Shown: positions 20,452 to 31,077 of the stretch, in pieces
How positions within the stretch are numbered: the stretch's first letter is position 1
Layout: the number at the start of each line of letters is the position of its first letter
Assembly: GCA_963727575.1 (NCBI GenBank)
Contig: CAVSIA010000038.1
Location: forward strand, 83,551 to 147,550
Reading direction: 5' to 3'
Length of the DNA: 64,000 bases
Origin: an uncultured Alphaproteobacteria bacterium
GTDB taxonomy: Bacteria; Pseudomonadota; Alphaproteobacteria; Rhizobiales; Rhodomicrobiaceae
Notes under the pieces: model-generated
Told to the model about the DNA's origin: nothing
The model's input: only the letters and a program-made list of their open reading frames with translations
Database searches by the model: none
Made by a program: the position numbers and the translations under genes

Positions 20452-21279
20452 ATGACGACGATGGGCGGCGCCGAGACGACCGGTACCGCCGCCACCGGTA
20501 ATACCGGCAGCGGACTGAAAACGGTCCTGTGGAACGCTGCTTCACTGCTGATCGCCCTCGCGATCTGGCAGGTCGTGGCGATACTCGTTGCCTCGCCGTT
20601 CTTCCCCGGCCCCGTCGCCGTGCTCAATGCTTTCATCCGGCTCAGCTCCCGCGGCGACACCTTCGGAAACTCGCTCTGGACCCATTCCTGGGCAAGCATC
20701 GAGCGTGTCCTCGTCGGCTTCGGGCTCGGCGTTCTGGGGGGCGTTCCACTCGGCCTGCTGCTGGGGCTTTATCCGGCATGGTATGCACGGACCCGCTCGG
20801 TGCTGGAGCCGTTCCGCTTCATCCCTCCGATCGCGTGGATCCCACTCGCCATCATCTTCTTTTCCGGCCTCACCCGCTTCGCCTTTCTGATTTTTCTGGG
20901 TGCGTTCTTTCCGGTGTTTACGTCCACCCTCGTCGGTGTCGCCCGCGTCGAGCCGATCCACCGCAAGGTCGGCCTCGTGCACGGTGCCAGCAAAGCCTGG
21001 ACGCTATTTCATGTCGTCGTGCCCACCGTGCTGCCCGACATTCTCGCCGGCATGCGGGTCGGCCTCGGCGCCGCATGGCTGACCATCGTCGCGGCCGAGC
21101 TGGCCGGCGGGATTTCCGAGGGTTTAGGGCGCATGATGATCAATTATGCGGAGCTTCTCCAAGTACCCGAGGTCATCGTCGGTATGCTGCTGATCGGCTT
21201 CATCGGCTTCGCAATGAACGAAGTGCTGCTGCTCGCCGAGAGATACCTGTTCCGCTGGCGATGGCAGGTCAGCTTGTAA
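20452..21279 (+). CDS. ABC transporter permease, NitT/TauT family (SsuC/TauC-like)
   Basis: 275 aa; six-TM BPD-transporter permease with an EAA-like loop. It is the C-terminal part of the long ORF 19054..21279, whose upstream portion is Arg-rich junk. Confidence 0.75.
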   Translation: MTTMGGAETTGTAATGNTGSGLKTVLWNAASLLIALAIWQVVAILVASPFFPGPVAVLNAFIRLSSRGDTFGNSLWTHSWASIERVLVGFGLGVLGGVPLGLLLGLYPAWYARTRSVLEPFRFIPPIAWIPLAIIFFSGLTRFAFLIFLGAFFPVFTSTLVGVARVEPIHRKVGLVHGASKAWTLFHVVVPTVLPDILAGMRVGLGAAWLTIVAAELAGGISEGLGRMMINYAELLQVPEVIVGMLLIGFIGFAMNEVLLLAERYLFRWRWQVSL

Positions 21280-21289
21280 TGGGGCCGAT

Positions 21290-22099
21290 ATGCTGAAGAC
21301 CACGCACGGACAGGCTCCCGCCAAGGTCGAGGTCGACACCTCGCACCGCTACGGCGATCTGGTGGTCCATGAGCACCTCAAATTCGCGGTCGCCGCCAAT
21401 GAATTCGTCTGTATCTGCGGCCCCTCGGGATGCGGCAAGACCACGCTCCTGGACAGCCTCGCCGGCATTCTGAAGCCGACCGGCGGACATGTGCTGATCG
21501 ATGGCGCTCCGGCTGACCCGAAGCGGCAGAGCATCTCGTTCGTGTTCCAGGAACCTTCGACATTTCCGTGGCTTACGGTCAAGAACAACGTTGCGACCGG
21601 CCTCAGGGTGAAAGGCGGCGCGAGGAGCGACATTGACCGGAAGGTGCGCGAGACCATTGAGATCGTCGGCCTCACGGGCTTCGAGGATTACTATCCTCAC
21701 CAGATTTCCGGCGGCATGAAGCAGCGCGTTGCGATTGCGCGCGCTTTTGCGACGGATGCCGATCTCATTCTGATGGACGAGCCGTTCGTCAGTCTCGATC
21801 AGCCGACGCGCGAGCGCATGCAGAGGGAAGTGCTGGACATCTGGCGGCATCGTCTGCGTACGGTGATTTTCGTCACCCACAATATCGAGGAAGCCATCTT
21901 CCTCGCCGACCGCATTCTCATCCTTTCGGAAAAGCCTTCGCGGATCATCGCCGACATTACCGTCGAAATTCCCCGTCCGCGTGATCCGCTTGCATACGAA
22001 TTCACCGAATTGCGCGGCGAATGCGCCCGCCTGCTCACCCGACCCGCTGAATCGGCCGGAACAGCGCCACCGCCTCAGCTCCGCAAAGCGCGAACATAG
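21290..22099 (+). CDS. ABC transporter ATP-binding protein, NitT/TauT family (SsuB/TauB-like)
   Basis: Walker [10 protein letters not shown], signature [14 protein letters not shown], Walker B LILMDEPF. Confidence 0.8.
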   Translation: MLKTTHGQAPAKVEVDTSHRYGDLVVHEHLKFAVAANEFVCICGPSGCGKTTLLDSLAGILKPTGGHVLIDGAPADPKRQSISFVFQEPSTFPWLTVKNNVATGLRVKGGARSDIDRKVRETIEIVGLTGFEDYYPHQISGGMKQRVAIARAFATDADLILMDEPFVSLDQPTRERMQREVLDIWRHRLRTVIFVTHNIEEAIFLADRILILSEKPSRIIADITVEIPRPRDPLAYEFTELRGECARLLTRPAESAGTAPPPQLRKART

Positions 22100-22155
22100 G
22101 CAACCAACGACAAAAATCCGCGATCAAGCGGAAACCCTCAAACTGGGAGGATCCA

Positions 22156-23166
22156 ATGAAAGAAAGACGAAGCCTTTTGAAGATGCTCGCCGGCGCCGCG
22201 ATGAGTGCGGCACTGGTGGCAGGCACTTTGTCCGCAACGGCCCCTGCCCGCGCCGACGACAAGATGGTCACCGTGCGCCTTGGCGACCAGACCGGCTCCG
22301 AGGTCGATTACGCCGCGATCTGGGTCGCCGAGATGAACGGCTATTACAAGGACGAAGGCATCCAGATCGAGCGCAAGACATATGGCAACGGCCCTGCGGC
22401 CTTGCTCGACCTCAACAATCTCGAAGCCGCTCTCGCCGCCATTGCGCCGCATATGCAGTTCGTCGCCCGCGGCGGAGACCTCCGCATCGTGATGTCGGTC
22501 ACAAAAGGCAACGCTCCGATCGTCGGCAAGAAGCAATATAAGTCGGTAAAGGAACTGGACGGCAAAAAGGTCGGCACGCCCGGCATCGGCACCATCCATG
22601 ACGGCGTGCTCGGCTATATCGAACGCGCCGAAGGCATCAAGGTCCAGCACGTTCCCGCCAAAATCAGCGACGTCGCCGTCATGATCCAGAAGGGCGAAGT
22701 CGAGGCGTTCATCGGCTGGGAACCGGCTTCCGCCGCCGCCGTCGCGCAGGCGCCGGACCTGCTGCACTACATCCAGCGGATGCCGCCGATCGAGAACTCG
22801 GAAAGCCTGGAGCTCGCCTTCAGAACCGACTACATCAAGGAGCATCCCGAGGTGGTCGAACGCTTCGTCCGCGCGACCTTGCGCGGCATCGAGTGGATCA
22901 AGAAGAATGGCGACGAGGAAACGGCAAAGCTGCTCGCCAAGAAGGTGAACGATCCGAAGTCGTATAATGTCAATCTTGACGCGCTCAAATCCGTGGACGT
23001 TACGAAGCCGCGGCTCGACATGCCGTCGACGCGCCTTTGGCTGAAGACGATCGCCGATCAGGGCAAGATCCCCGAGGACCTCGTGAAGGATATCGACGGA
23101 TGGGTCGGCCGTTATCTCGACTACTCGTTCCTCGACAAGGCGGAAGCTTCGCTCAAATCCAAATAA
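22156..23166 (+). CDS. ABC transporter substrate-binding protein, NMT1/SsuA/TauA-like, with signal peptide
   Basis: 336 aa with an N-terminal signal (MKERRSLLKMLAGAAMSAALVAG) and a periplasmic-binding fold. A GGGAGG RBS is present. Confidence 0.75.
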   Translation: MKERRSLLKMLAGAAMSAALVAGTLSATAPARADDKMVTVRLGDQTGSEVDYAAIWVAEMNGYYKDEGIQIERKTYGNGPAALLDLNNLEAALAAIAPHMQFVARGGDLRIVMSVTKGNAPIVGKKQYKSVKELDGKKVGTPGIGTIHDGVLGYIERAEGIKVQHVPAKISDVAVMIQKGEVEAFIGWEPASAAAVAQAPDLLHYIQRMPPIENSESLELAFRTDYIKEHPEVVERFVRATLRGIEWIKKNGDEETAKLLAKKVNDPKSYNVNLDALKSVDVTKPRLDMPSTRLWLKTIADQGKIPEDLVKDIDGWVGRYLDYSFLDKAEASLKSK

Positions 23167-23249
23167 GGCGATGCGTAAGGGGCGCGGCTGAACCCGCGTC
23201 CCTGCTCAAACTCGATCAAGCGGGTGACTGAACTCGGGCTGTCGCCCTC

Positions 23250-24416
23250 TCAGCCGCGAACCAGCGCGCGGCCGACGGCGCGGGCGATCACCCGCTCTTC
23301 ATTGGTGCCGATGGCCAGGATGGCCGTCCGCCCGGCGCCGATATTGACCTGATGGCTTTCATTCCGTGCGGTATCGATCTCAATGCCGAACCAGTCCATG
23401 TGCTCGCAGACGCGGCGGCGGATCAAGGCCGATTTCTCGCCGATGCCGCCGCAGAACACGAGCGCGTCGAGCCCGCCCATAACGGCAGTCAGGGCGCCGA
23501 GCTCGTAGCGGATACGGTGAACGAAATAGTCGATTGCCTGGGCCGCTTCAGGAGCGTCGGAGGCTTCCAGCTCGCGCATGTCGCTGGTCAGCCCGGAGAT
23601 GCCGATCAGGCCGCTTTCGCGATAGAGGATCTGCGAAATCTCTGCCGAATTCAGCTTCTCCTCGTCGAGCATATAGAGCAGCACGCCCGGATCGAGCTGG
23701 CCGCAGCGCGTGCCCATGGCGAGGCCGTCGAGTGCGGTGAAGCTCATCGTCGTGGCGATGCTCCGGCCGCCCTTCACCGCGCACATCGAAGCGCCGTTGC
23801 CGAGATGGGCGATGACGACGCGGCCCGCCGCCAGGGTCGGCGCGATCCGCGCCAACTCGCGGGTCACAAACTCATAGGAGAGCCCGTGAAAGCCGTAGCG
23901 CCTGATGCCCTTGTCGTAATAGCGGCGCGGCAGGGCGAAGGCGTCGTTCACCCAGGAATGGCCACGATGAAACGCGGTGTCGAAGCATCCGACCTGGGTC
24001 GCATCCGGAAAAGCCGCTGTCGCGCTTTCCACCGCCGCAAGATTATAAGGCTGGTGCAGCGGCGCCCACGGGATCATCTCGCGCAGGCGCGCCCTGACGG
24101 CAGCATCCAACACGCAAGGCGCGGTGAATTCCGAGCCGCCATGCGTGATCCGGTGCCCCACGCCCACGACGCGGCGGTCGCCGAACAGCGCTTTGGTATG
24201 CGCCAGGATCTCGCGGATGGCGATGGCGTGGTCGGCCTCGCCGATCTCATGCGTCTCGGTCTCGCCGCCGGCACGCCCAATGCGCAAACAGGCCGCGGAG
24301 CCAAGGTTCTCGACCTGGCCCCGCGCAAGTTCCTGGGGCTCGTCCCCCCGCGCAAACAGCGCGAATTTCATGGAGGACGAGCCCGCATTCAGCGTCAGGA
24401 TCGTTTCATCTGTCAT
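23250..24416 (-). CDS. ackA: acetate kinase
   Basis: 388 aa. N-terminal ILTLNAGSSSMKFALF, HRITHGG and a conserved C-terminal region. Confidence 0.85.
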   Translation of the reverse strand: MTDETILTLNAGSSSMKFALFARGDEPQELARGQVENLGSAACLRIGRAGGETETHEIGEADHAIAIREILAHTKALFGDRRVVGVGHRITHGGSEFTAPCVLDAAVRARLREMIPWAPLHQPYNLAAVESATAAFPDATQVGCFDTAFHRGHSWVNDAFALPRRYYDKGIRRYGFHGLSYEFVTRELARIAPTLAAGRVVIAHLGNGASMCAVKGGRSIATTMSFTALDGLAMGTRCGQLDPGVLLYMLDEEKLNSAEISQILYRESGLIGISGLTSDMRELEASDAPEAAQAIDYFVHRIRYELGALTAVMGGLDALVFCGGIGEKSALIRRRVCEHMDWFGIEIDTARNESHQVNIGAGRTAILAIGTNEERVIARAVGRALVRG

Positions 24417-24440
24417 CGAATGCCTGCGGAGCCAGCGGGT

Positions 24441-24559
24441 TAGAGCGTGATCAGGAAAAGTGGAAAACGGTTTTCCCTCCGATCACGCGATCAGCAAAGG
24501 AATTTTGGAGCGGGCCAAAAGCGAAGTAGTTTCTATCCAAGGTGATCCCGCTCTAGAGC
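24441..24559. repeat. about 119-bp MITE/RIME-like intergenic repeat with terminal inverted repeats (copy 1)
   Basis: About 80% identical to 42951..43066. Terminal inverted repeats TAGAGCGTGATCAGG / GGTGATCCCGCTCTAGA, internal 8-bp stem GCGTGATC/GATCACGC enclosing GGAAAACGGTTTTCC, and an end palindrome CCGCTCTAGAGCGG. Confidence 0.6.
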
Positions 24560-26331
24560 GGCCGCTGGGGCTGCATGTCGTCGGGGCTGATCCGGGCGAC
24601 GACGACCGGTGTCTTCATCGCGTCGCGCCGGAACGGCTCGCCGAGCTCCTGGTTGAGCACCGCCTCGATGAAGGTGGTGACATTGCCGCTCATCTGCTCC
24701 TCGACCGCGACACGCAGCGCCTCGGTCAGTTCCGCCATGGTCGTCGCCTGCACGCCCTTGACGCCGCAGCCTTGCGCCACCTTGGCGTATTCGACGCCGA
24801 GATTGAGCTCGGTGCCGACGAAATTGTCGTCGAACCACAAGGTCGTGTTGCGCTTCTCCGCACCCCATTGATAGTTGCGGAAGATCACCATGGTGATGCC
24901 CGGCCAGTCATTCCGTCCGCATGCGGTCATTTCGTTCATCGAAATGCCGAAGGCGCCGTCGCCGGCAAAGCCGACGCAAGGGACATCCGGCCGCCCGATC
25001 TTTGCGCCCAGGATTGCCGGGAAGCCGTAGCCGCACGGGCCGAACAGACCCGGGGAGAGATATTTGCGCCCCGCCTCGAAGGTCGGATAGGCATTGCCGA
25101 TGGCGCAATTGTTGCCGATGTCGGTGGAGACGATCGCGTCCTTCGGCAGCGCCGCCTGGATCGCCCGCCACGCCATACGCGGCGACATCCGCTCCGGCTC
25201 GCGGGTTCGCGCACGCTCGTTCCAGCTGGTGCCGGCGTCGTCCTCCTCGTGATCCATCGAGGAGAGCGTCTGCAGCCAAGCCGATTTGGTCTGGTGAATC
25301 AGCCCCTTGCGCTCGTCGCGCCCTGCGTCGCCGGCTTTCGGCGAAAGCTGCTTCAGGATGCTCTCGGCAACCTTCTTGGCATCGCCGCAGATCCCGACCG
25401 TGACCTTCTTGGTCAAACCGATGCGGTCCGGGTTGATGTCGACCTGGATGATCTTGGCGTCCTTCGGCCAGTAGTCGATGCCATAGCCGGGAAGCGTGGA
25501 GAACGGATTGAGCCGCGTGCCGAGCGCCAGCACCACATCGGCCTTGGAGATCAGCTCCATTCCGGCTTTGGAGCCGTTATAGCCGAGCGGGCCACAGCTC
25601 AAGGGGTGCGAGCCGGGGAAAGCGTCATTGTGCTGATAGCCGCAGCAGACCGGCGCATCGAGACGCTCCGCCAACTGACGGCTGGCCTCGATCGCACCGC
25701 CCAGCACCACGCCCGCGCCGTTCAGGATCACCGGGAATTTCGCCTCGGAAAGCAGCCGCGCCGCCTCGGCAATCGCCTCATCGCCGCCGGAGGAGCGCTC
25801 GAGCTGCACACGCTGGGGCAGCTCGATGTCGATGACCTGGGTCCAGTAATCGCGCGGCACGTTGATCTGCGCCGGAGCCGAGCCACGCCATGCGCGCTCG
25901 ATAACGCGGTTCAGCACCTCGGCGATGCGGGAGGGGTCGCGGACTTCTTCCTGATAGCAGACGCAATCCTCGAACAGCGCCATCTGCGGCATCTCCTGGA
26001 AACCGCCCTGCCCGATGGTCTTGTTCGCCGCCTGCGGCGTGACCAGCAGCAGCGGCGTATGGTTCCAATAGGCGGTCTTCACCGGCGTGACCATATTGGT
26101 GATGCCCGGACCATTCTGCGCGATCATCATCGACATCTTGCCGGAGGCGCGGGTATAGCCGTCGGCCATCATGCCGGCATTGCACTCATGCGCACAGTCC
26201 CAGAACTTGATGCCCGCTTTGGGAAACAGATCGGAGATCGGCATCATCGCGGAGCCGATAATCCCGAATGCGTGCTCGATGCCGTGCATCTGCAGCACCT
26301 TCACGAAGGCTTCTTCGGTCGTCATCTTCAT
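24553..26331 (-). CDS. xsc: sulfoacetaldehyde acetyltransferase (ThDP-dependent)
   Basis: 592 aa from the internal Met of ORF 24553..26403. N-terminus MKMTTEEAFVKVLQMHGIEHAFGIIGSAMMPISDLFPKAGIKFWDCAHE... matches the highly conserved Xsc N-terminus as I remember it, and ThDP-binding motifs are present. Confidence 0.85.
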   Translation of the reverse strand: MKMTTEEAFVKVLQMHGIEHAFGIIGSAMMPISDLFPKAGIKFWDCAHECNAGMMADGYTRASGKMSMMIAQNGPGITNMVTPVKTAYWNHTPLLLVTPQAANKTIGQGGFQEMPQMALFEDCVCYQEEVRDPSRIAEVLNRVIERAWRGSAPAQINVPRDYWTQVIDIELPQRVQLERSSGGDEAIAEAARLLSEAKFPVILNGAGVVLGGAIEASRQLAERLDAPVCCGYQHNDAFPGSHPLSCGPLGYNGSKAGMELISKADVVLALGTRLNPFSTLPGYGIDYWPKDAKIIQVDINPDRIGLTKKVTVGICGDAKKVAESILKQLSPKAGDAGRDERKGLIHQTKSAWLQTLSSMDHEEDDAGTSWNERARTREPERMSPRMAWRAIQAALPKDAIVSTDIGNNCAIGNAYPTFEAGRKYLSPGLFGPCGYGFPAILGAKIGRPDVPCVGFAGDGAFGISMNEMTACGRNDWPGITMVIFRNYQWGAEKRNTTLWFDDNFVGTELNLGVEYAKVAQGCGVKGVQATTMAELTEALRVAVEEQMSGNVTTFIEAVLNQELGEPFRRDAMKTPVVVARISPDDMQPQRPL

Positions 26332-26417
26332 CGTCGCAGTTCCTTTCAGGTCCCTCGCAAGGGTATTCGATGTGAGAGCGTTGCATGGGCGCCGGGCGGG
26401 CAAATCGAAATCAGCTC

Positions 26418-27311
26418 CTAAATAGCAGGCGCGCCCTTCGCTGTCGGCAGTCTCTCGCGCAGGAGAACGGGAATCTGGCTCGGCACGTCGGCAACCGCGA
26501 CGCCGGCCGATTCCAGAGCCTTGCGCTTAGAGGGATAATCGCCTTTTCCGCCCGAGACAATCGCGCCGGCATGTCCCATCTTCTTGTCCGGCGGGGACTG
26601 GCGGCCGGCGATGAAGGCCACGACCGGCTTTTTCATCGTCTGCGCATACTCCGCCGCTTCCTCTTCCGCATTGCCGCCGATCTCGCCGCAAATGACCACG
26701 GCCTCGGTTTTATCATCTTCGTCAAGGATGCGCAGCGCGTCCGCCGTCCGGGTGCCGATCATCGGATCGCCGCCGACGCCATAGAACACCGACTGGCCAA
26801 GTCCCGCCTGGGCAATGTTGAGGCTGATCAGCGTGCCGAGGCTTCCCGAGCGAGAGATGACGCCGATAGTACCTGGCTTGAAAACGCGCGGATTAAACGC
26901 GGGCATGATGCCGACGAAGCATTCGCCGACGGTAACGAGGCCGGCAGTGTTCGGGCCGACGATGCGCGTACCGTTCGCCCCCGCGGCGACATGCATCTCC
27001 ATGACGTCATGCGCGGGGATATGCTCGGTCAGGCAGACCAGCATCTTCGCCCCCGCCTCGCAGGCGTCGATGGCGGCCTCCTTGGCCATCATCGGCGGGA
27101 TGAACATGCAGGCGATCTCGAAGGGCGTCTGCTTCGCCGCCTCGCGCGCATTGGCAAAGACGGGCACGCCGAGATATTCGGTGCCCGCCTTGCGCGGATT
27201 GACACCGCCGACGACGGTGGAGCCGTAAGTCTGCATCGCCTCGGTCCAGAACGAGCCCTGCTTGCCCGTGATGCCCTGGACGAGAATGCGGTCGCTCTTG
27301 CGCGGGATCAT
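26418..27311 (-). CDS. ADP-forming CoA ligase alpha subunit (SucD-like CoA-binding subunit)
   Basis: 297 aa with a CoA-binding Rossmann N-terminus and a phospho-His loop region ([12 protein letters not shown]). Confidence 0.75.
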   Translation of the reverse strand: MIPRKSDRILVQGITGKQGSFWTEAMQTYGSTVVGGVNPRKAGTEYLGVPVFANAREAAKQTPFEIACMFIPPMMAKEAAIDACEAGAKMLVCLTEHIPAHDVMEMHVAAGANGTRIVGPNTAGLVTVGECFVGIMPAFNPRVFKPGTIGVISRSGSLGTLISLNIAQAGLGQSVFYGVGGDPMIGTRTADALRILDEDDKTEAVVICGEIGGNAEEEAAEYAQTMKKPVVAFIAGRQSPPDKKMGHAGAIVSGGKGDYPSKRKALESAGVAVADVPSQIPVLLRERLPTAKGAPAI

Positions 27312-28447
27312 GCCACGGCCCTCCCTTCGGCGGCGGCGACCGCGGCTTTGACCGCGTCGTCCATCAGGTCGTAAGGCTCGATGCCGAGCCGCTCGCGAAC
27401 CAGCGCCACCGCCTCATCCTCGCCGGTGCCGTGGATGGTGAAGAACACGGGGATGTCCGGCCGCAGCTCTTCCCAGGCATTGACGACGCCCGCGGCCATG
27501 ACGTCGGTGCGGGCGAAGGCGCCGCAGAAATTGACCAGCAGGCTCTTGATGTTCGGGTTCTCCAGAAGGATCGACAGCGCCGTCTTCGACTTGGTGTAAG
27601 CCTCGCCGCCGATTTCGAGGAAGTTGGCGGGCGAGCCGCCGTAATGGGCGATGACGTCCATCGTCGTCATGGTGAGGCCGGCGCCGTTGGCGAGCACGCC
27701 GACGGAGCCGCCGAGCTCGATATATTTGAGCCCCGCCGCGGCCGCCTTGGCTTCGAGCCGCGTCTGCTTTTCACCCGCCGCAAGAGACGCGATCTCCTCC
27801 TGGCGCGGAGCGGCGCTGTCGTCGACGGTCAGCTTGCAGTCGAGCGCCACGACCGCGTCGCCGGTCATCACCACCAGCGGGTTGATTTCGATCAGCTCGG
27901 CATCGAGCGCGCGATAGGCAGCGTAGAGGCGCAGCAGCGTCGCCGCCAGCTCAGCCTCGACCGCATCGAGGCCAAGCCCGTCGAGCGCCGCCCGCGCCGT
28001 CGTGTCGCTCAGCCCTTGCGCGATCGGGATCGCGAACCGCCGCATGGCGCGCGGGTCCTTCTCCGCGGCCTCCTCGACATCCATGCCGCCCATCGGCGAG
28101 AACAGCAGCATCGGCCCTTTGGACGCATCGTCATTGACGATGGCGGCGTAAAGCTCGCGCGCGATCGAGGTTTGCTCCTCGATCAGCACCTTCTCCACCG
28201 GCCATCCGCCGATCTCCATGCCGATGATCGCCTCGGCGTGGCTGCGGGCCTCTTCCGGGGAGGTCGCCAGCTTGATGCCGCCGGCCTTGCCGCGCTTGCC
28301 GGTCGGCACCTGCGCCTTGACCACGCATGGGCCGATCCGCGCCGCCGAAGCCTCGGCTTCGCCCGGCGTCCAGGCAAGCTCGCTTTCCGGCACCGCAATT
28401 CCGAAGCGCTTCAGCAGCGGCTTGGCGGCGTGCTCCTCAAAGTTCAT
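27308..28447 (-). CDS. ADP-forming CoA ligase beta subunit (SucC-like ATP-grasp subunit)
   Basis: 379 aa with ATP-grasp fold motifs. It overlaps the alpha subunit gene by 4 nt (translational coupling). Confidence 0.75.
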   Translation of the reverse strand: MNFEEHAAKPLLKRFGIAVPESELAWTPGEAEASAARIGPCVVKAQVPTGKRGKAGGIKLATSPEEARSHAEAIIGMEIGGWPVEKVLIEEQTSIARELYAAIVNDDASKGPMLLFSPMGGMDVEEAAEKDPRAMRRFAIPIAQGLSDTTARAALDGLGLDAVEAELAATLLRLYAAYRALDAELIEINPLVVMTGDAVVALDCKLTVDDSAAPRQEEIASLAAGEKQTRLEAKAAAAGLKYIELGGSVGVLANGAGLTMTTMDVIAHYGGSPANFLEIGGEAYTKSKTALSILLENPNIKSLLVNFCGAFARTDVMAAGVVNAWEELRPDIPVFFTIHGTGEDEAVALVRERLGIEPYDLMDDAVKAAVAAAEGRAVA

Positions 28448-28466
28448 CTGCGACGAAGCCTCGTTT

Positions 28467-29918
28467 TTATTTACCGTAGCGATCCCAAAACGGCCCGAAA
28501 AGATCTTCCTCGGACGGTTTGTCCTCCGGAATGGTCGTGACCAGATGGGTGATGTTGATGAAGTTGGTGTAGTTCAGATTGTCGCTGATCGTGTTGCCCG
28601 CCCAGGTGCCGCCGGCCATCGACAGCGTGAACGGCAGCGAATTGTCGAAGCTGCCGCCATTGCCGAATGTGTGCGCCTGGTTGACGAGCACCCGCACGAC
28701 ATCGGTCTCCGCCGCCAACTCGCGGGCGTGGTCCATGGTCTTGGTGTGGATGCCGGTCGAGTGGCCCTTGCCGTTGACGTTCAGCACGTCGGCGACGATG
28801 CGCTTGGCGTCCTCGAAATCGCGTGCGCGGTAGACGGTGAGGACCAGCGACAGCTTTTCGTCGGCGAAGTCGTGCTTGCCGCCGACCTTCGGCTCCTCGA
28901 CCAGGAAAAATTTGGATTTGCGCGCCTCATCCGCGAGCCCCATCGTCGCGGCGACGACGTCGGCGTCCTTGGCGATGATGTGGCGGTTGAGCTTGCCGTT
29001 CACCCAGAGCGTGGAGCGGATGCTCTCGCGTTCGGTCTCGCTGGCGCGCCAGCCGCCGGCACGTTCGAGCGCGGCAATGGCGTCGTCGTAGACGTCGTCC
29101 AGAATGATGACGGCGTTCTCCGAGGAGCACGAGGTGGCGTTGTCGAAAATCTTCGAAGCGCAGATCTTGGCCGCCGCGTCGTCGAGATCGGCGGTCGAGT
29201 CGATGATGACCGGCACGTTCCCAGCGCCGACGCCGATGGTCACGGTGCCGGACTGCATCGCGCGGCGGACGTTGTCCTGCGAGCCGGTGACGACGGCAAG
29301 GTCGACCTGCCGCATCAGTTCCTCGGTCATCGCTTTGGATACCGGCGGCGGCAGGATCTGGACGAGGTCTTCCGGATGGCCGGCTTTCTTCAGCTCGGCG
29401 CGGATCAGATCGACGGTCTTGCCGGTGGTGACGGCGCCAGACGGCGACGGCGCGATGATCACGGCATTGCCTCCCTTTATCGCCATCATCGCCTTGTTGG
29501 CAGGGGTTGCCGCCGGGTTGGTCGACGGGCATACCGCGCCAACGACGCCAACCGGCTTGCCGTAGCGGACCATGCCGCGGTCCGGGTCCTCGGAGATCAC
29601 GCCGACCGTCTTGGCGCGGAGGAGATCGCGCAGCGTGCCGAAGGTCTTGCGCTGGTTCTTGACGATCTTGGAGGCGACATTGCCAAGCCCGGTATCTTCG
29701 ACCGCCAGTTCAGCCAGCATCCGCGCATTGTCCGGCTTGTAGATCGCCCAGGCGATCGCGCGCACCGCATCGTCGACGCGAGCCTGATCGTGGTTCTCGT
29801 AAGCAGCCATGGCGGCGCGGGCGCGGGCGACGGCCTTTCCGACCTCGATCTTCGGATCGGGCTCGGCTCCGGCAACCTCGCGCACGCCTGCTGATTTCAT
29901 GTCGGTCGGTGATGACAT
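28467..29918 (-). CDS. CoA-acylating aldehyde dehydrogenase (PduP/EutE family; SauS-like sulfoacetaldehyde dehydrogenase (acylating))
   Basis: 483-aa ALDH fold with a catalytic Cys region (...NATSCSSENAVI...). Functional label is from context with xsc and the ligase. Confidence 0.7.
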   Translation of the reverse strand: MSSPTDMKSAGVREVAGAEPDPKIEVGKAVARARAAMAAYENHDQARVDDAVRAIAWAIYKPDNARMLAELAVEDTGLGNVASKIVKNQRKTFGTLRDLLRAKTVGVISEDPDRGMVRYGKPVGVVGAVCPSTNPAATPANKAMMAIKGGNAVIIAPSPSGAVTTGKTVDLIRAELKKAGHPEDLVQILPPPVSKAMTEELMRQVDLAVVTGSQDNVRRAMQSGTVTIGVGAGNVPVIIDSTADLDDAAAKICASKIFDNATSCSSENAVIILDDVYDDAIAALERAGGWRASETERESIRSTLWVNGKLNRHIIAKDADVVAATMGLADEARKSKFFLVEEPKVGGKHDFADEKLSLVLTVYRARDFEDAKRIVADVLNVNGKGHSTGIHTKTMDHARELAAETDVVRVLVNQAHTFGNGGSFDNSLPFTLSMAGGTWAGNTISDNLNYTNFINITHLVTTIPEDKPSEEDLFGPFWDRYGK

Positions 29919-30059
29919 CGCTTTGGCCTCCAGTCGTCCCCCCGGACGCTCTGCCCGGGGCCATCTTCCACATGTCTCATTCCGGTTCGGTCGGCCGGAG
30001 AGGCAACATCCAATTCCGTCAGCCCACTGACGGGACGCCGCCTCGCCGGCCTTTCGACG

Positions 30060-31031
30060 CTATAGATCCTTGAGGAGCTCCGTCAGGAACTTCTGACGCC
30101 GCTCCCACATCGCCTTCACCTCATCGCGCCCCATGATGCGCACGGGCGAGCCGCCATTCGCCATCTGCTTGGCGACCTGCTTGTCCTTGAACATCGCAGG
30201 GACCACTTTCGCCAGCTTGTCGATCACGTCCTGCGGGGTACCTTTCGGAGCCATGATGCCGCGGAAGTTCACCGAGGAATCGTCAACATCGAAGCCCTGC
30301 TCCTTGAACGTCGGCACGTCGGGCAGGAACTCCTTGTTCCGCTCCAGATCCGCAATGGCGAGGATCTTCAGCGTGTCCTGGCTGCGATAGGCGTCGGACA
30401 GATTGTTGACGCCCGCCATGACCTGGCCGCCGATCACCGATTTCAACGCCGGTGCGCCGCCCTGATGGGGAACGTAGGTGAGCTTGGCGCCGGTGACCTT
30501 CTCCATTTGCAGGAAGGCGATGTGGTGCCCGACATAGAGCCCCGCGCCGGAAATCGTCACCTTGCCGGGGTTCTCCTTGGCGAACTTGACGAGATCGGCG
30601 ACCGAGTTGAACGGGCTGTCCTTACCGACCACGAGCACGGCGGGATCGGCGCCCCAATTGGCGATCGGCTCGAGATTGTCGATGGTATATTTGGTCTTGA
30701 ACTTGATCGACTGGGCGATGAAATGCGGCACGTTATAAGCGGCCAGCTCGTAGCCGTCGGTCTTCGCGCCCGAGGCGAAGGCGTTCCAGCCGACCTTGCC
30801 GCCCGCGCCGGGCTTGTTGATGATCACGATCGGCTGGCCGAGATATTCCTCATTGCCTGCAACCATCGTGGCGATGCGGGCCTGGAAGTCGGTCGCGCCG
30901 CCCGGACTGTAGGACACCATCAGGCTCACCGGCCGGTCGGGATATTGTTGCGCCCCGGCCGGAGCCGAGAGCGTCAGTGCGGCAAGCGCTGCCAGTCCTG
31001 CAAAAACTCTTCTCATTCGCATTCCTCCCAT
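30060..31031 (-). CDS. tctC: tripartite tricarboxylate transporter substrate-binding protein (TctC/Bug family)
   Basis: Signal peptide plus Bug-family fold, 323 aa. Confidence 0.8.
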   Translation of the reverse strand: MGGMRMRRVFAGLAALAALTLSAPAGAQQYPDRPVSLMVSYSPGGATDFQARIATMVAGNEEYLGQPIVIINKPGAGGKVGWNAFASGAKTDGYELAAYNVPHFIAQSIKFKTKYTIDNLEPIANWGADPAVLVVGKDSPFNSVADLVKFAKENPGKVTISGAGLYVGHHIAFLQMEKVTGAKLTYVPHQGGAPALKSVIGGQVMAGVNNLSDAYRSQDTLKILAIADLERNKEFLPDVPTFKEQGFDVDDSSVNFRGIMAPKGTPQDVIDKLAKVVPAMFKDKQVAKQMANGGSPVRIMGRDEVKAMWERRQKFLTELLKDL

Positions 31032-31077
31032 ATCTCAGTGTCGTTTCGTCCCGGTATCCAGGATCTTCCTTCTTGTC

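Noticed and set aside
24460-26421. 653-aa + strand ORF
   Set aside because: Antisense to xsc, which has a very strong protein-level match. The composition is low-complexity.
29919-30059. GC hairpin CCCCCGGACGCTCTGCCCGGGG between tctC and the ALDH gene, as a full terminator
   Set aside because: No T-tract follows on the coding (minus) strand and no promoter-like or operator elements precede the ALDH gene, so it is more likely an intra-operon structure than an operon boundary.
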